A stretch of 62,273 nt of DNA, counting the filler. It is 11 parts of 11 records of this genome, joined end to end, with 100 filler letters (N's around TTAATTAATTAA, not from the genome) between each part and the next. Parts side by side here need not be neighbours in the genome. Positions count along the whole stretch, not along the records: positions 1 to 7,503 come from SRR20825010_4740; positions 7,604 to 11,428 come from SRR20825010_4751; 9 more parts are not named here. The stretch is one strand, 5' to 3'. The position numbers and the translations under genes are program-made. Each line of letters opens with the position of its first letter. Position 1 is the stretch's first letter. Below, one piece after another: positions 1 to 9,648 of this stretch. The notes below the pieces were generated by a model. It was not told the origin of the DNA, searched no databases, and saw only the letters and a list, made by a program, of their open reading frames with translations.

Positions 1-891
1 CTTGGCGCCGGTCGGCGGCACGATATGCGCGGCGTCGCCTGCCAGGAAAAGGCGCCCGTGGCGCATGGTTTCGCACACGAAACTGCGCATCGGTGTCACG
101 TCCTTGCGCAGGACCGTGCCTTCATTCACCCGGAAGCCGTCTCCGGATTCCAGTCGCGTGTGAAGTTCGCTCCAGACCCGTTCATCGGGCCATTCATCGA
201 GATTTTCTTCCGGATCGCATTGCAGATAGAGCCGCGTGACTTCCGGCGAGCGCATGCTGAACAGGGCAAAGCCGTTCTCGTGATAGGAATAGATCAGCTC
301 ATCCTGGGCCGGCGGCGCTTCCGCCAGAATGCCAAGCCAGGCAAAGGGATAGATTTTCTCGAACATCCGCAGCCGGCCGGCCGGGATGGACGGGCGCGAC
401 ACTCCGTGGAAACCATCACATCCGGCGATGAAATCGCAGGACAGCACCACATCCTCACCCTGCCGGGAGAAGCTTACCGACGGGCTGTCACTTTCAATGT
501 CATGCAGCTGGACATTCTCGGCCTCGAACAGGATCTGCCCGTCGAAATCCTTCTTTAGCGCGATCAGGTCCTTCACGACCTCCTGCTGGCCATAGACCGT
601 GACCTTCTTGCCGCCGGTCAATGCAGGGAAATCTATGCGTCGCTTCTCCCCGCGAAAGATCATGTCCACCCCGTCATGGGGCATGCCCTCCCGGCCAAGC
701 CGTTCACCGGCACCAATGGAGTGCAACAGCTCGACCGTCGGATGCTCCAGCACGCCCGCGCGGATCCGGCTGAGCACATACTCCTCCGACCGCGCTTCAA
801 GAATAACGGACTCCACGCCACTCTGGCGCAATAGCTGAGCAAGCAGCAGACCGGCGGGCCCGGCACCGATGATCGCGACCTGGGTTTTCAT
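1..891 (-). CDS. pobA: 4-hydroxybenzoate 3-monooxygenase (3' end outside the window; missing from the ORF track)
   Basis: Manual translation from ATG at 891 gives MKTQVAIIGAGPAGLLLAQLLRQSGVESVILEARSEEYVLSRIRAGVLEHPTVELL and ends LFLAGDAAHIVPPTGAK. It has the GxGxxG FAD motif, the RIRAGVLE motif and the GD motif of PHBH, and is divergent from an AraC gene. Confidence 0.95.
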   Translation of the reverse strand, partial: MKTQVAIIGAGPAGLLLAQLLRQSGVESVILEARSEEYVLSRIRAGVLEHPTVELLHSIGAGERLGREGMPHDGVDMIFRGEKRRIDFPALTGGKKVTVYGQQEVVKDLIALKKDFDGQILFEAENVQLHDIESDSPSVSFSRQGEDVVLSCDFIAGCDGFHGVSRPSIPAGRLRMFEKIYPFAWLGILAEAPPAQDELIYSYHENGFALFSMRSPEVTRLYLQCDPEENLDEWPDERVWSELHTRLESGDGFRVNEGTVLRKDVTPMRSFVCETMRHGRLFLAGDAAHIVPPTGAK

Positions 892-1043
892 TTTCAATCC
901 TCCCGAACATCTCGAATTTTATCCGGGAAAGCGGGAACCGCTAAGAGAGGTTCAGGACAAAGAATTGCATTTTCCGGCCAAATTGATCTTTATTAGAAAT
1001 CTGCGCACCGATAATGCGCGCCCCAGAAATCGGCAAATTCCTT

Positions 1044-1961
1044 ATGAACTCCATCCCTTCCTTCAATCTTTATCTGGATGGTGATGGCATTGTGGAGCCG
1101 CGTTTCCTGCATATTGAAACGATCCCGATGCGCAGTCGGGAGAATGATTGGACAATCCGGCCACACCGGCACCCGGAACTTTTCCAGTTCCTGCTGCTCA
1201 CCGCAGGCGCCGCCGAGATGCAGCTTGAGGGTTCGACAGCCCGCCTCGTCGCGCCCGCCCTGACAGCCGTCACGCCGAACGCCATTCATGGCTATGTTTT
1301 CAGGCCGGACACGCAAGGCTATGTCCTGACAATCGCGGAAGCCTATCTGAGCGAACTGGTCGGGCATGCGGGTGACGCGGCGGCACGGGATGCCATCCGG
1401 ACATCAGCCATTGTGCCGCTTGCCGAAGATCTGGGAACGGTTGAAGAAATACGGCTGGCCTGCGAGCGGGTGTTTCTTGAAAGCAGGCGGGAGCAAGCCG
1501 GCAAACACGCCCTTGTGGCAGCGGACCTGCTCCGCATCCTCGGCCTGTTCATCCGGCTCACCGAAAGCGTGCGAGGGTCCAGGAACGACGCCACCGTGCC
1601 GGACAATCTGTTCGAACGGTTCCGGACACTGGTGGAAGAGTGCTTCCGGGATCAGCTCACGATTACGGATTATGCGGAACGTCTGGCAACATCCGAGCGC
1701 ACCTTGCGCCGGGCGACACAGGCGCGCTCCGGACGCACGCCGCTCGAGATACTAAAGCAGCGCACCCTGCTCGAAGCGCAACGAGACCTGCTCTACACGG
1801 CCCGGTCCGTCGCGGAAGTCGCCTACGGCCTCGGCTTTGAAGACCAGGCCTATTTCAGCCGCTTCTTCGCCACCGGAACCGGCCTGACGCCAACCCAGTT
1901 CAGAAAACAGCATAAATCCTATCTGACGGGCACTCCGGAAATCGATACAACAGATGTCTGA
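1044..1961 (+). CDS. pobR: AraC-family regulator of 4-hydroxybenzoate catabolism (PobR-like)
   Basis: N-terminal cupin-like sensor (LHIETI...WTIRPHRHPELFQ), C-terminal AraC HTH (VAEVAYGLGFEDQAYFSRFF), divergent from pobA. Confidence 0.85.
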   Translation: MNSIPSFNLYLDGDGIVEPRFLHIETIPMRSRENDWTIRPHRHPELFQFLLLTAGAAEMQLEGSTARLVAPALTAVTPNAIHGYVFRPDTQGYVLTIAEAYLSELVGHAGDAAARDAIRTSAIVPLAEDLGTVEEIRLACERVFLESRREQAGKHALVAADLLRILGLFIRLTESVRGSRNDATVPDNLFERFRTLVEECFRDQLTITDYAERLATSERTLRRATQARSGRTPLEILKQRTLLEAQRDLLYTARSVAEVAYGLGFEDQAYFSRFFATGTGLTPTQFRKQHKSYLTGTPEIDTTDV

Positions 1962-1987
1962 GCCGGGAACAAAATTGCAAGGCGCGC

Positions 1988-2491
1988 ATGCACACACTGG
2001 TCTCTTTCGCCGGCCTGCCCGGGGTCGGTAAAACGACCATTGCGCGGCAGCTCGCCCGGCAACAGGGCATTCCCTATCTTCGCGTTGACGAGATTGAAGC
2101 CGTCCTGATGGCGGACGCTCCCGGACAGGATATCGGCCCTCAGGGCTATCATATCGCCGCAGCTCTCGCCGTCTCAAACCTCACCCTTGGGCTCAGCGCC
2201 ATCGTCGATTGCGTGAACCCGTGGCAGCTGACCAGAGACACCTTCACCAAAGCCGCACGCACAGCCGGGAGCAGTTTTTTCGGTGTGGAACTTTATTGTT
2301 CCGATGAAGCGGAACACCGGCGGCGCGTCGAGACCCGGCATGCCGATATTCCCGGCAAGGCCCTGCCCGACTGGCAGAAAGTGATGGCCCGGGATTATCA
2401 CCCCTGGGCCGGAGCCGATCTCCGGATCGATACGGCGACATGCACCGCCGAACAGGCGGCCGATGAAATCATCCGCGCTCTCAGCCTCTAG
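1988..2491 (+). CDS. AAA/P-loop nucleotide kinase-like protein
   Basis: N-terminal Walker A GLPGVGKTT, 167 aa, motifs IVDCVNP and EHRRRVETR. Confidence 0.8.
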   Translation: MHTLVSFAGLPGVGKTTIARQLARQQGIPYLRVDEIEAVLMADAPGQDIGPQGYHIAAALAVSNLTLGLSAIVDCVNPWQLTRDTFTKAARTAGSSFFGVELYCSDEAEHRRRVETRHADIPGKALPDWQKVMARDYHPWAGADLRIDTATCTAEQAADEIIRALSL

Positions 2492-4449
2492 GCCGGACGC
2501 TCGACTGCACGCGCTTCGGGAGCATGTTTTTCCGGCTGCCCTGCCGCCGAACCCGTCTGCCCGCTGAATTCCGGCACAAGCCGGGCCAACAGTCCCAGCA
2601 CCTGATCGCCATTGCGCTGACGCCCGCTCGCTTCGATCTCGTCAAGCACGCGGGATAGCACCGCCAGATCGGCAGTGCGCGGCGAGGCCCGGTGGATGCC
2701 CTCGATCTCTGTTGCGATCAAGGCCTCGGCATCGTGGAACAGTTCCTCGAAAAGCTTTTCTCCCGGGCGCGGGCCGGTATAGGAAATCTCTATATCGATA
2801 CCGGGCGTAAGACCGGACAGGCGGATCATCTGCGCGGCCAGATCGGCGATCTTCACCGGCTCGCCCATATCGAGCACGCAGATGGCGCCGCTCTCCCGCG
2901 TATCGGCACTCGCGCTCGCATCCATGGCGGCCGCCTGCAGCACCAGCTCCACCGCCTCGCGCACGGTCATGAAATAGCGGGTCATGTCCGGATGGGTCAC
3001 GGTCAGAGGGCCGCCCCGGGCCAGCTGACGTTTGAACAATGGAATGACCGAGCCGGTCGAGCCAAGCACGTTACCAAACCGGACGGTGACATAGCGCGGC
3101 CCACCCCGGCGGGCCTCTTCCCGGTCCTTGGCCTGGCAATAGGCCTCGGCCGTCCGCTTGGTGGCGCCCATGACATTGGTCGGGTTCACCGCCTTGTCAG
3201 TGGAGATCAGCACCATCTCGCCCACGCCATGCCGCGCGACGGCATCCGCCACATTGCGGGTGCCGATGACATTGGTCATCACCCCGTCGGTCGGATTTGC
3301 CTCGACCAGCGGCACATGCTTCAGCGCCGCCGCGTGAAAGACGATATCCGGCGCGAAGCCGGAGATCCGCTCATCAACTGACTGTGCATCGCGGACATCG
3401 GCAAGCAGTGCCTTGCGTGGCAGGTCCGGGAATTTTTCGGAGATTTCCAGATCGATCTGATAGAGCTGGAACTCGCCCGCATCGAGCAAGGCGATCTCGG
3501 ACGGAGCAAGGGCTGCGATCTGGCGCGAAAGCTCCCCGCCGATCGTTCCCCCGGCCCCGGTGATCATCACCTTGCGGCCGCCGATCAGGTCCGAAACCCC
3601 TTTGCGGTCGAGAACCTTCTGGGGGCGTCCAAGCAGGTCTTCCACGCTGACGGAACGCACTGTTTCGGATGGCTCGTCAGCGCCTTCCAGCGACGCCATC
3701 TTCGGCATCCGGCCAACCGCAAGGCCAAGAGAATTCGCCCTGTCCAGCAGATCCCGGATGACAACACCCTCGATGGATTGCCGGGTAATGACGAGCCGTT
3801 GCGGTGCCGTGTCCCGCTTGCGCAGATCAGCCACGACCTTTTCCAGCTCATCCAGCGTACCCAGTACCTGTATGCCCCGGATCATACGGCCAACTCGGCC
3901 ACCAAGATCGTCGACGATGCCGACAACCCGGTACGGCGCGTCCTTCTCCCGGCCCATCTCGCGGATAAAGGCGTCCGAGCCGTCCCCGGCGCCGATCAGC
4001 AGCACCGGCACCCGGCCTGCCGCATTGCGTTCGAACAGGCTGGAGAAGGCACCATCCTTGACCAGCCTGTAGGCGAAGCGCGGGCCGGCCAGCAGCAATG
4101 TCAGGACGAAGAACTCGATGATCAGGAAAGAGCGCGGAAAATCGTCCAGCCGGGTCGCCAGAAACTGCACGACAAGGAACAGCGCAATACAGACAACCAC
4201 CGCCCGGACAATCCGGCTGAGGTCGCTCATCGACGCATAGCGCCAGACCGTCCGGTCAAGGCGCATGGAGAAGAACACCAGGGCGGCAACGGCGGTGAAG
4301 GCCACCAGGCCGAATCCGACCACCTCACGCGGCCAGACAAGGATGTCCTGACCGAGCCGTAAGGTCAGCGAGATCAGGAAAGACAGCGCCGCCATCCCGA
4401 CATCATGCAGGAAGGTCAGAAAACTGCGCTTAGACCCGAACATTGTCAT
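2488..4449 (-). CDS. Membrane-bound nucleoside-diphosphate sugar 4,6-dehydratase (CapD/PglF/WbpM family)
   Basis: Four N-terminal TM helices, then ITGAGGTIGGEL, FHAAALKHVP, STDKAVNPTNVMGATKR, VRFGNVLGSTGSVIP and RPGEKLFEEL. Confidence 0.93.
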   Translation of the reverse strand: MTMFGSKRSFLTFLHDVGMAALSFLISLTLRLGQDILVWPREVVGFGLVAFTAVAALVFFSMRLDRTVWRYASMSDLSRIVRAVVVCIALFLVVQFLATRLDDFPRSFLIIEFFVLTLLLAGPRFAYRLVKDGAFSSLFERNAAGRVPVLLIGAGDGSDAFIREMGREKDAPYRVVGIVDDLGGRVGRMIRGIQVLGTLDELEKVVADLRKRDTAPQRLVITRQSIEGVVIRDLLDRANSLGLAVGRMPKMASLEGADEPSETVRSVSVEDLLGRPQKVLDRKGVSDLIGGRKVMITGAGGTIGGELSRQIAALAPSEIALLDAGEFQLYQIDLEISEKFPDLPRKALLADVRDAQSVDERISGFAPDIVFHAAALKHVPLVEANPTDGVMTNVIGTRNVADAVARHGVGEMVLISTDKAVNPTNVMGATKRTAEAYCQAKDREEARRGGPRYVTVRFGNVLGSTGSVIPLFKRQLARGGPLTVTHPDMTRYFMTVREAVELVLQAAAMDASASADTRESGAICVLDMGEPVKIADLAAQMIRLSGLTPGIDIEISYTGPRPGEKLFEELFHDAEALIATEIEGIHRASPRTADLAVLSRVLDEIEASGRQRNGDQVLGLLARLVPEFSGQTGSAAGQPEKHAPEARAVERPA

Positions 4450-4543
4450 CGCTCATCACTTCCCCGCCCCAAACGGACCCGAAACGCCAACGACCTTAAA
4501 CCAGATGCCTGGGGGCGTCTGCCCCGGCACGCCGAAAACCATG

Positions 4544-5569
4544 TCAGACCGCCGCCTCCGCCTTCACTCTGCCCTTGTGAAAAAGCAGACAGAGCAGGAT
4601 GACGGCACCGAGGCCAATGGCCACGGAAGACAGTGGATAAACCGGCGCCACGAACAAGGCCAACGCAATCAGACCGATATTCAGCGCCAGTATGGCAAGA
4701 CAGGCACCGGCATGACTGAAGCCCCGCTGTGTCGCCTGCTGGTAGAAATGCTGGCGGTGCGCCTCGAAAACATTTTCCCGCCGGAGCACGCGCCTGACCA
4801 GCGTGAAGGTCGCATCGAACAGGTAATATCCCGGTAACAACAAGACCGCCGCCCACCCCGAAAGCCCGCCGGAGGCCGCGCCCGTCTCCAGCAGCATCCA
4901 GCCCGCCAGAAAACCGAGCGGGATTGAGGCGACATCGCCGATGAAAATCTTCGAGGGCTGCCAGTTCCAGACCAGGAAACCGGCAATCGCCGCAACCATC
5001 GCCAGCGCCGGAAGCTGGATAGAAGCGCCGATGCCGCCGATCACAGTCAATCCGATCAGGCCGCTGCCTATACTGATCGTCTCGACCCCGGTGATCCCGT
5101 CAATGCCATCCATGAAGTTGAAAAGATTGACGAACCAGAGCCAGGCAAAGCCCGCAACCGGAAGCTCGACCCAGACCGGGATCAGACCGCCGGTGAAACC
5201 CGTGTCCGGGACCGTCACCATCAATCCGGCGGCAACAGCCAGCGCCTGCACCAGCAGCCGTAGCCGCGCCGGCAGGTTCTTCATATCGTCAATGAAGGAG
5301 AGCATGGCGAGGCCGGCGGTCAATCCGGCAATCAACAGAAACTTGCCATCAAGAGCGCCTTGCAGGGCCAACCAGCCGATCCAGCCGGCGAGCATCACCG
5401 TGACAACGGCAATCCCGCCGCCGCGCGGCTTCGGCACAACGTGGCTGCTGCGCTCGTTCGGAACATCGATCACGGCACGGCGCGTCAGCACAGTGATCAG
5501 CGCGCGCGTGCCAGCCAGAGACGCGACGAACAGAACACCGAAAAAAACAAGGGCTGTAAGCAGTTGCAT
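4544..5569 (-). CDS. MraY/WecA/WbpL-type initiating undecaprenyl-phosphate sugar-1-phosphate transferase
   Basis: DVPNERSSHVVPKPRGGGIA, FIDD, NLFNFMDGIDG, KIFIGD and AHRQHFYQ motifs; multiple TM helices. Confidence 0.92.
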   Translation of the reverse strand: MQLLTALVFFGVLFVASLAGTRALITVLTRRAVIDVPNERSSHVVPKPRGGGIAVVTVMLAGWIGWLALQGALDGKFLLIAGLTAGLAMLSFIDDMKNLPARLRLLVQALAVAAGLMVTVPDTGFTGGLIPVWVELPVAGFAWLWFVNLFNFMDGIDGITGVETISIGSGLIGLTVIGGIGASIQLPALAMVAAIAGFLVWNWQPSKIFIGDVASIPLGFLAGWMLLETGAASGGLSGWAAVLLLPGYYLFDATFTLVRRVLRRENVFEAHRQHFYQQATQRGFSHAGACLAILALNIGLIALALFVAPVYPLSSVAIGLGAVILLCLLFHKGRVKAEAAV

Positions 5570-5614
5570 GGGCGCTCTTATAGCGTTCCGCGGGCCAAAA
5601 GGGCCAGCCGATTG

Positions 5615-7237
5615 TCATCCGGCCGTCTTGGCGTCCTCGCGTTGCAGGGCCCAGCGGATCGTAACCTCTCCGGTCGCCCTGATATTGTCCAGCGGCTCAC
5701 GGATAACCAACTGCTCGCAACGCTGGAACTGGCCGCCCCGCCCGAAATAGACACTCTCGTTCAGGGCAAGCCCGCGATCGCAGCGCAGGCGCCAGCCGGA
5801 GCCGCTGCCAAGCCGGATCAAAGCGGCCGATCCGCTCTGGATGATGGAGGTGCGGACTTTCGGATGCAGGTGCAGGCGGATACAGGCTTCCTTCGGCAGG
5901 TCGCCGGGATCGCCTGTATAGACAAGCCGGTCCTCAACCCTGAGATCGTCCCCCGCATGGGACAGATAGACCCGGCGGAAATGCTTCAGGCCATGGGTCG
6001 GCAGATAACCGTCATGCTCCGCCTCGATCAGCATGTCACCATCGTTTTCAGAACGCTCAGACCGGACATGCGCCGGGCGGGTGCCGGTCAGGCCATCCAC
6101 CTCGATCTCGGCCGCGTTACGATCATCAACCACGAGGGTGGAATGCGCCGCCGTGGCCCGGAGCGCGCCATCCCATTTCGGATCTGCCGGGCTGGCGCCG
6201 CAATTCACGATCATCCGCTGCTTGCCGATGCTGAGCTCGAAAGACAACAGACCGGCATGCGCCGCGTGATCCGCCGAGGACGGCTTGCCGGTATCCATGA
6301 TCAGACAGGTCCGCCCGGCAACCAGTCTCTCGAATCCGCTATCCGGGGCCGAGGCCAGTGATTTCCGCTTGGTTTCCGCCTGCGCGATCAGGCTGTCGAT
6401 GAACCAGACCTCGCCTTCTGTCGCATGATTGAACAAAGCCAGGCCGCCATCGCCATGGCGCAACAGCCGGAGCATCGCCGTCATCATGGAAATGCGCTCG
6501 TCCAGAGCCTCGTCGGCATGTCCGGCCAGACGCAGCGCTTTCCTGATCTCGACCAGATCGGCGAGTACGGAGACCTGCATGGCGGGCGAACGGGAAACAT
6601 GGCCGCCATCGGCAGCGACCTGACGGTCGAGCTCACGATGCAGCCATTGCAGGGCCTGATCGAACTTGCCGGAGCCTTCGCCGATCACTGCCATGGCCGC
6701 GAACAGGCCCTTGGCCGCCAGCAGGCGCCGGGCGCCCGGCGCCGAGGCCTCGATATCGCCGACCAGATGTCTGTATTGGCGGCCAATGGACTGGAAGAAA
6801 TCGGCACGGAACTCGTCGTCCGCCGAACCGCCGAAAAAGTCGTAATTTCCGATCCAGGAAGACAGCCGCGCGCCGAGAATATCAGGGCGCCACAACAGTG
6901 CATCCCATTCGTCATGCCGGGCCAGCCAGCCATCGACCAGATCGCGGGCGCGCAGCCGGGCCGCCTCGCCGCCAAGATCGCGCAAATCGCGCAGCCAGCA
7001 AAAGCCGTGCAGATGTTCCAGCGCGCCGGGCTCTCCCGGCTCCTTGATCCACGGGTCCGCTTCAAGGGTAAAGCTGCCGTTCGCATAAGACATGCGCCCG
7101 TCCAGGATCGCACGCCCTATCGAGGTGTCCCCCGGCAGATCGTCCGATAGCCGGTCATTGAGTCCGAGCAATGGCTTCGCCGCAAGGCGCCAGCGATAAA
7201 CCGGCGAGGCGAAATAGAGCTCCTTTAATGTCCGCAT
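5615..7237 (-). CDS. Heparinase II/III family protein
   Basis: LHGFCWLRDL, DGGHVSRSP, RHGDGGLALFN, AHAGLLSFELS, RATAAHST and EHDGY motifs. Confidence 0.85.
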   Translation of the reverse strand: MRTLKELYFASPVYRWRLAAKPLLGLNDRLSDDLPGDTSIGRAILDGRMSYANGSFTLEADPWIKEPGEPGALEHLHGFCWLRDLRDLGGEAARLRARDLVDGWLARHDEWDALLWRPDILGARLSSWIGNYDFFGGSADDEFRADFFQSIGRQYRHLVGDIEASAPGARRLLAAKGLFAAMAVIGEGSGKFDQALQWLHRELDRQVAADGGHVSRSPAMQVSVLADLVEIRKALRLAGHADEALDERISMMTAMLRLLRHGDGGLALFNHATEGEVWFIDSLIAQAETKRKSLASAPDSGFERLVAGRTCLIMDTGKPSSADHAAHAGLLSFELSIGKQRMIVNCGASPADPKWDGALRATAAHSTLVVDDRNAAEIEVDGLTGTRPAHVRSERSENDGDMLIEAEHDGYLPTHGLKHFRRVYLSHAGDDLRVEDRLVYTGDPGDLPKEACIRLHLHPKVRTSIIQSGSAALIRLGSGSGWRLRCDRGLALNESVYFGRGGQFQRCEQLVIREPLDNIRATGEVTIRWALQREDAKTAG

Positions 7238-7264
7238 GCCCGCCCCCAAAGGCTCAGCAGAAAC

Positions 7265-7503
7265 TCACTTTTCACCGCGAATGGCCGCTATATTCGCGGC
7301 ATAGGAATCCGGCCCGCCCCTGAAGACAGCGGTCCCGGCAACCAGCACGTCGGCACCGGCGGAAATACAGCCCGGCGCCGTCTCGATCGTCACCCCGCCA
7401 TCGACCTCGAGGTCGATGGTCCGGCCCGTGGCGTCGATCTTTTTCCGCACCGCCTCGATTTTGCGCAACTGGCTGTCGATGAATTTCTGCCCGCCAAAGC
7501 CGG
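7265..7503 (-). CDS. rpe: Ribulose-phosphate 3-epimerase, C-terminal fragment
   Basis: GFGGQKFIDSQLRKI...LEVDGGV...AGADVLVAGTAVF; cut by the contig edge. Confidence 0.93.
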
Positions 7504-7603
7504 NNNNNNNNNNNNNNNNNNNNNNNNNNNNNNNNNNNNNNNNNNNNTTAATTAATTAANNNNNNNNNNNNNNNNNNNNNNNNNNNNNNNNNNNNNNNNN
7601 NNN
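7504..7603. other. Synthetic contig spacer. Others lie at 11429-11528, 14881-14980, 25696-25795, 29559-29658, 35203-35302, 39839-39938, 44822-44921, 51114-51213 and 57610-57709.
   Basis: Identical 100-bp blocks of Ns around TTAATTAATTAA (stops in all six frames). Genes are truncated on both sides. Confidence 0.99.
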
Positions 7604-7744
7604 TCATGCAATGATGACAAAAGATGGTTTGAGTGCAAGTGTTTTTAAGCGCAACTCAGGGTTTAGCAAAATTAGACACACATGCATCAAGGATGCCGGG
7701 CCGCTGACTTTTGAGAGCAGGCCTTCGATTAAAGGAATAGAATC

Positions 7745-7954
7745 ATGGTCGCGATCACCAAAGAAGCCGGCGTATTTGTCACCCCTGCGCGCAATGACAA
7801 CACCATCAATCTGATGGATTTGCCACGTGCATGGCTCAAACGCCACGGCCTGCGCCAGAAACTGGCCCAGATGGATAGCCGCATGCTGCGCGATATTGGC
7901 TGGAACGTTTACGACGCCAAACGCGAAGCGGCCAAACCATTCTGGAAAGCCTGA
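7745..7954 (+). CDS. DUF1127 family small protein
   Basis: WLKRHGLRQKLAQMDSRMLRDIG...EAAKPFWKA matches the DUF1127 signature; AAGGA RBS upstream. Confidence 0.9.
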   Translation: MVAITKEAGVFVTPARNDNTINLMDLPRAWLKRHGLRQKLAQMDSRMLRDIGWNVYDAKREAAKPFWKA

Positions 7955-8010
7955 GACCGAAACGAAACGACGCCTAAAACCGCGCATTTGCGCATAACCG
8001 AGTAAAATTC

Positions 8011-8112
8011 ATGCAGAACAATGTCTCCCCGCTGCAGGGCGCAATCACCTTCCCGCTACAGGTTTTGATTGAAGCCCTGATGGACGCCTGGAAAGGCCTC
8101 CGCCTTAAGTAA
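8011..8112 (+). CDS. Possible 33-aa small protein MQNNVSPLQGAITFPLQVLIEALMDAWKGLRLK
   Basis: ATG-to-TAA ORF between the DUF1127 gene and the hairpin cluster; RBS is weak. Confidence 0.35.
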   Translation: MQNNVSPLQGAITFPLQVLIEALMDAWKGLRLK

Positions 8113-8119
8113 GGCTCGG

Positions 8120-8217
8120 GAACGTTCAATCCTCCCTGAACGCAGATCCAACATCCCCCCGTTGGAAGATGCGTATATAAATGCTGGTCACTCCCCTGGT
8201 GACCGGCATTTCTTTTA
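8120..8217 (+). ncRNA. Candidate cuckoo/CcsR-like sRNA: three hairpins with C-rich loops ending in a terminator
   Basis: CGTTCA-atcctccc-TGAACG (8123-8142), TCCAAC-atcccccc-GTTGGA (8147-8166) and AAATGCTGGTCAC-tcccctg-GTGACCGGCATTT (8179-8211), followed by CTTTT. Confidence 0.6.
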
Positions 8218-8302
8218 TCCGGCTTTATTCCCGAACCGTCCCAAACTCCCCGAACCCACACCACAACAGCGCGGATCGGCAAAGCAGGCCAGTCGCGCCA
8301 GA

Positions 8303-9571
8303 TTATTTTTTGTCGGGGAACCGCAGATACATCAGGTTTGCGGCATTCAAAACCGAATACATCACGGCGAATTGCGCATTGAACTCGAACTTTTCCGGCA
8401 TTGGCTGAAACAGTTCGTAAATCTGGCGGATGGATCGTTTGCCATCGATCCGTGACAGGATCGCAGGTGATGCCGATGGCATGGTCCGGGTCACCGACAG
8501 GCCGGTAAAGGTGATTTTGATATTGCCGGTTTTGGCAACGGATCTGGCCAAGGCCGCACCATCCACCCGGGTGAAGAACGGAATTGCGTCTTCGGCCGGG
8601 ACCGGTGGTTTGGTCTTGTTCTTGGCCTTCACCACATAAAATGTGTGCTTGGTAATATTGCCTGCCATCAGTTCGGCAAGGGCAGCACGTTCGCGGAACG
8701 GCACATGGACGGCCTTTTCCAACACATCATGGCGCGAACAATAGGTTGTCGGGTCATAGCGCATCGGTTCGATAAAGCTTTGCAGGCGCAAGCCCGCCTG
8801 ATGCACAAAATCAAAGACTTCATCAACGCGGTAAGCCCGGTCTTGCTGATGCAAAAGCAAGTCATAAAACCCGGCATCGCCGCCGTGGATATGATCGCCG
8901 ACAAACGGGTTGCGTTTCAGCCAGTTGGTTCCGGGCAGCGAATTAAACAGCGCCTTGCCGAAATTCAGGCGCCTTGCGCCACCGGCCTCGGCATTGAGCC
9001 GGTCCATCATTTCCTGCATATGATAGACGCCCTGGCGCCCAAGCTCGCCATACACCATAAGCCCCATGCCGCCATTGGGCTTCAGGGAGTCGGCCAGTGT
9101 CCGCAACCCTTCGTTCGGGTCGGGCAAATGGTGAAGCACCCCGCAGCAGTCAATATAGTCAAACGGGCCATATTCCTTGGCCAGATCGACAAAAGATCCG
9201 GTCACGAATGTAACGTTCTTTTCAAGATTACGGCGTTTGATCCGGGCTTCGGCAATAGCGCGGGCGTTTTCCGACAGATCGATATAGACGATTTCGGCCT
9301 TGGCTTTGCGATCCCGGGCCTGCTGAGCCAGCATCACCAGCGCATCACCGGTCCCGCCGCCGGCGACAAGAATTTTGATTTTGCCTTTGGCCGATGGGTC
9401 GCGCCCGCCAAAGACATAATGAACGACTTCTTCCCAGTTGCCGGGGGATCCGCTGACCAGTCTTTTATCCTCATCCTCCGGGTTTCGCGCCGGATAGGGA
9501 TATGTTTCATACTGATCACGCGTCTTGTTTGACGATTGCACAGTATCAGGCTGATTTTTGTCGTCGGACAT
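8303..9571 (-). CDS. Class I SAM-dependent methyltransferase
   Basis: QYETYPYP, ILVAGGGTGD (SAM motif I) and FDYIDCCGVLHHLPDP. Confidence 0.85.
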   Translation of the reverse strand: MSDDKNQPDTVQSSNKTRDQYETYPYPARNPEDEDKRLVSGSPGNWEEVVHYVFGGRDPSAKGKIKILVAGGGTGDALVMLAQQARDRKAKAEIVYIDLSENARAIAEARIKRRNLEKNVTFVTGSFVDLAKEYGPFDYIDCCGVLHHLPDPNEGLRTLADSLKPNGGMGLMVYGELGRQGVYHMQEMMDRLNAEAGGARRLNFGKALFNSLPGTNWLKRNPFVGDHIHGGDAGFYDLLLHQQDRAYRVDEVFDFVHQAGLRLQSFIEPMRYDPTTYCSRHDVLEKAVHVPFRERAALAELMAGNITKHTFYVVKAKNKTKPPVPAEDAIPFFTRVDGAALARSVAKTGNIKITFTGLSVTRTMPSASPAILSRIDGKRSIRQIYELFQPMPEKFEFNAQFAVMYSVLNAANLMYLRFPDKK

Positions 9572-9648
9572 TCGCGCGGATTCCAGCAGATTTTTGGTTG
9601 GGACGTCAGCAGTCTATACCAAGGAATTAATTAATAAAATCCGCCAGT

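Noticed and set aside
25-558. 177-aa plus-strand ORF and similar long antisense ORFs (5360-6361, 26191-27315, 27343-28398, 31960-33174, 40562-41800)
   Set aside because: They are shadow ORFs opposite well-supported GC-rich genes and show no recognisable motifs.
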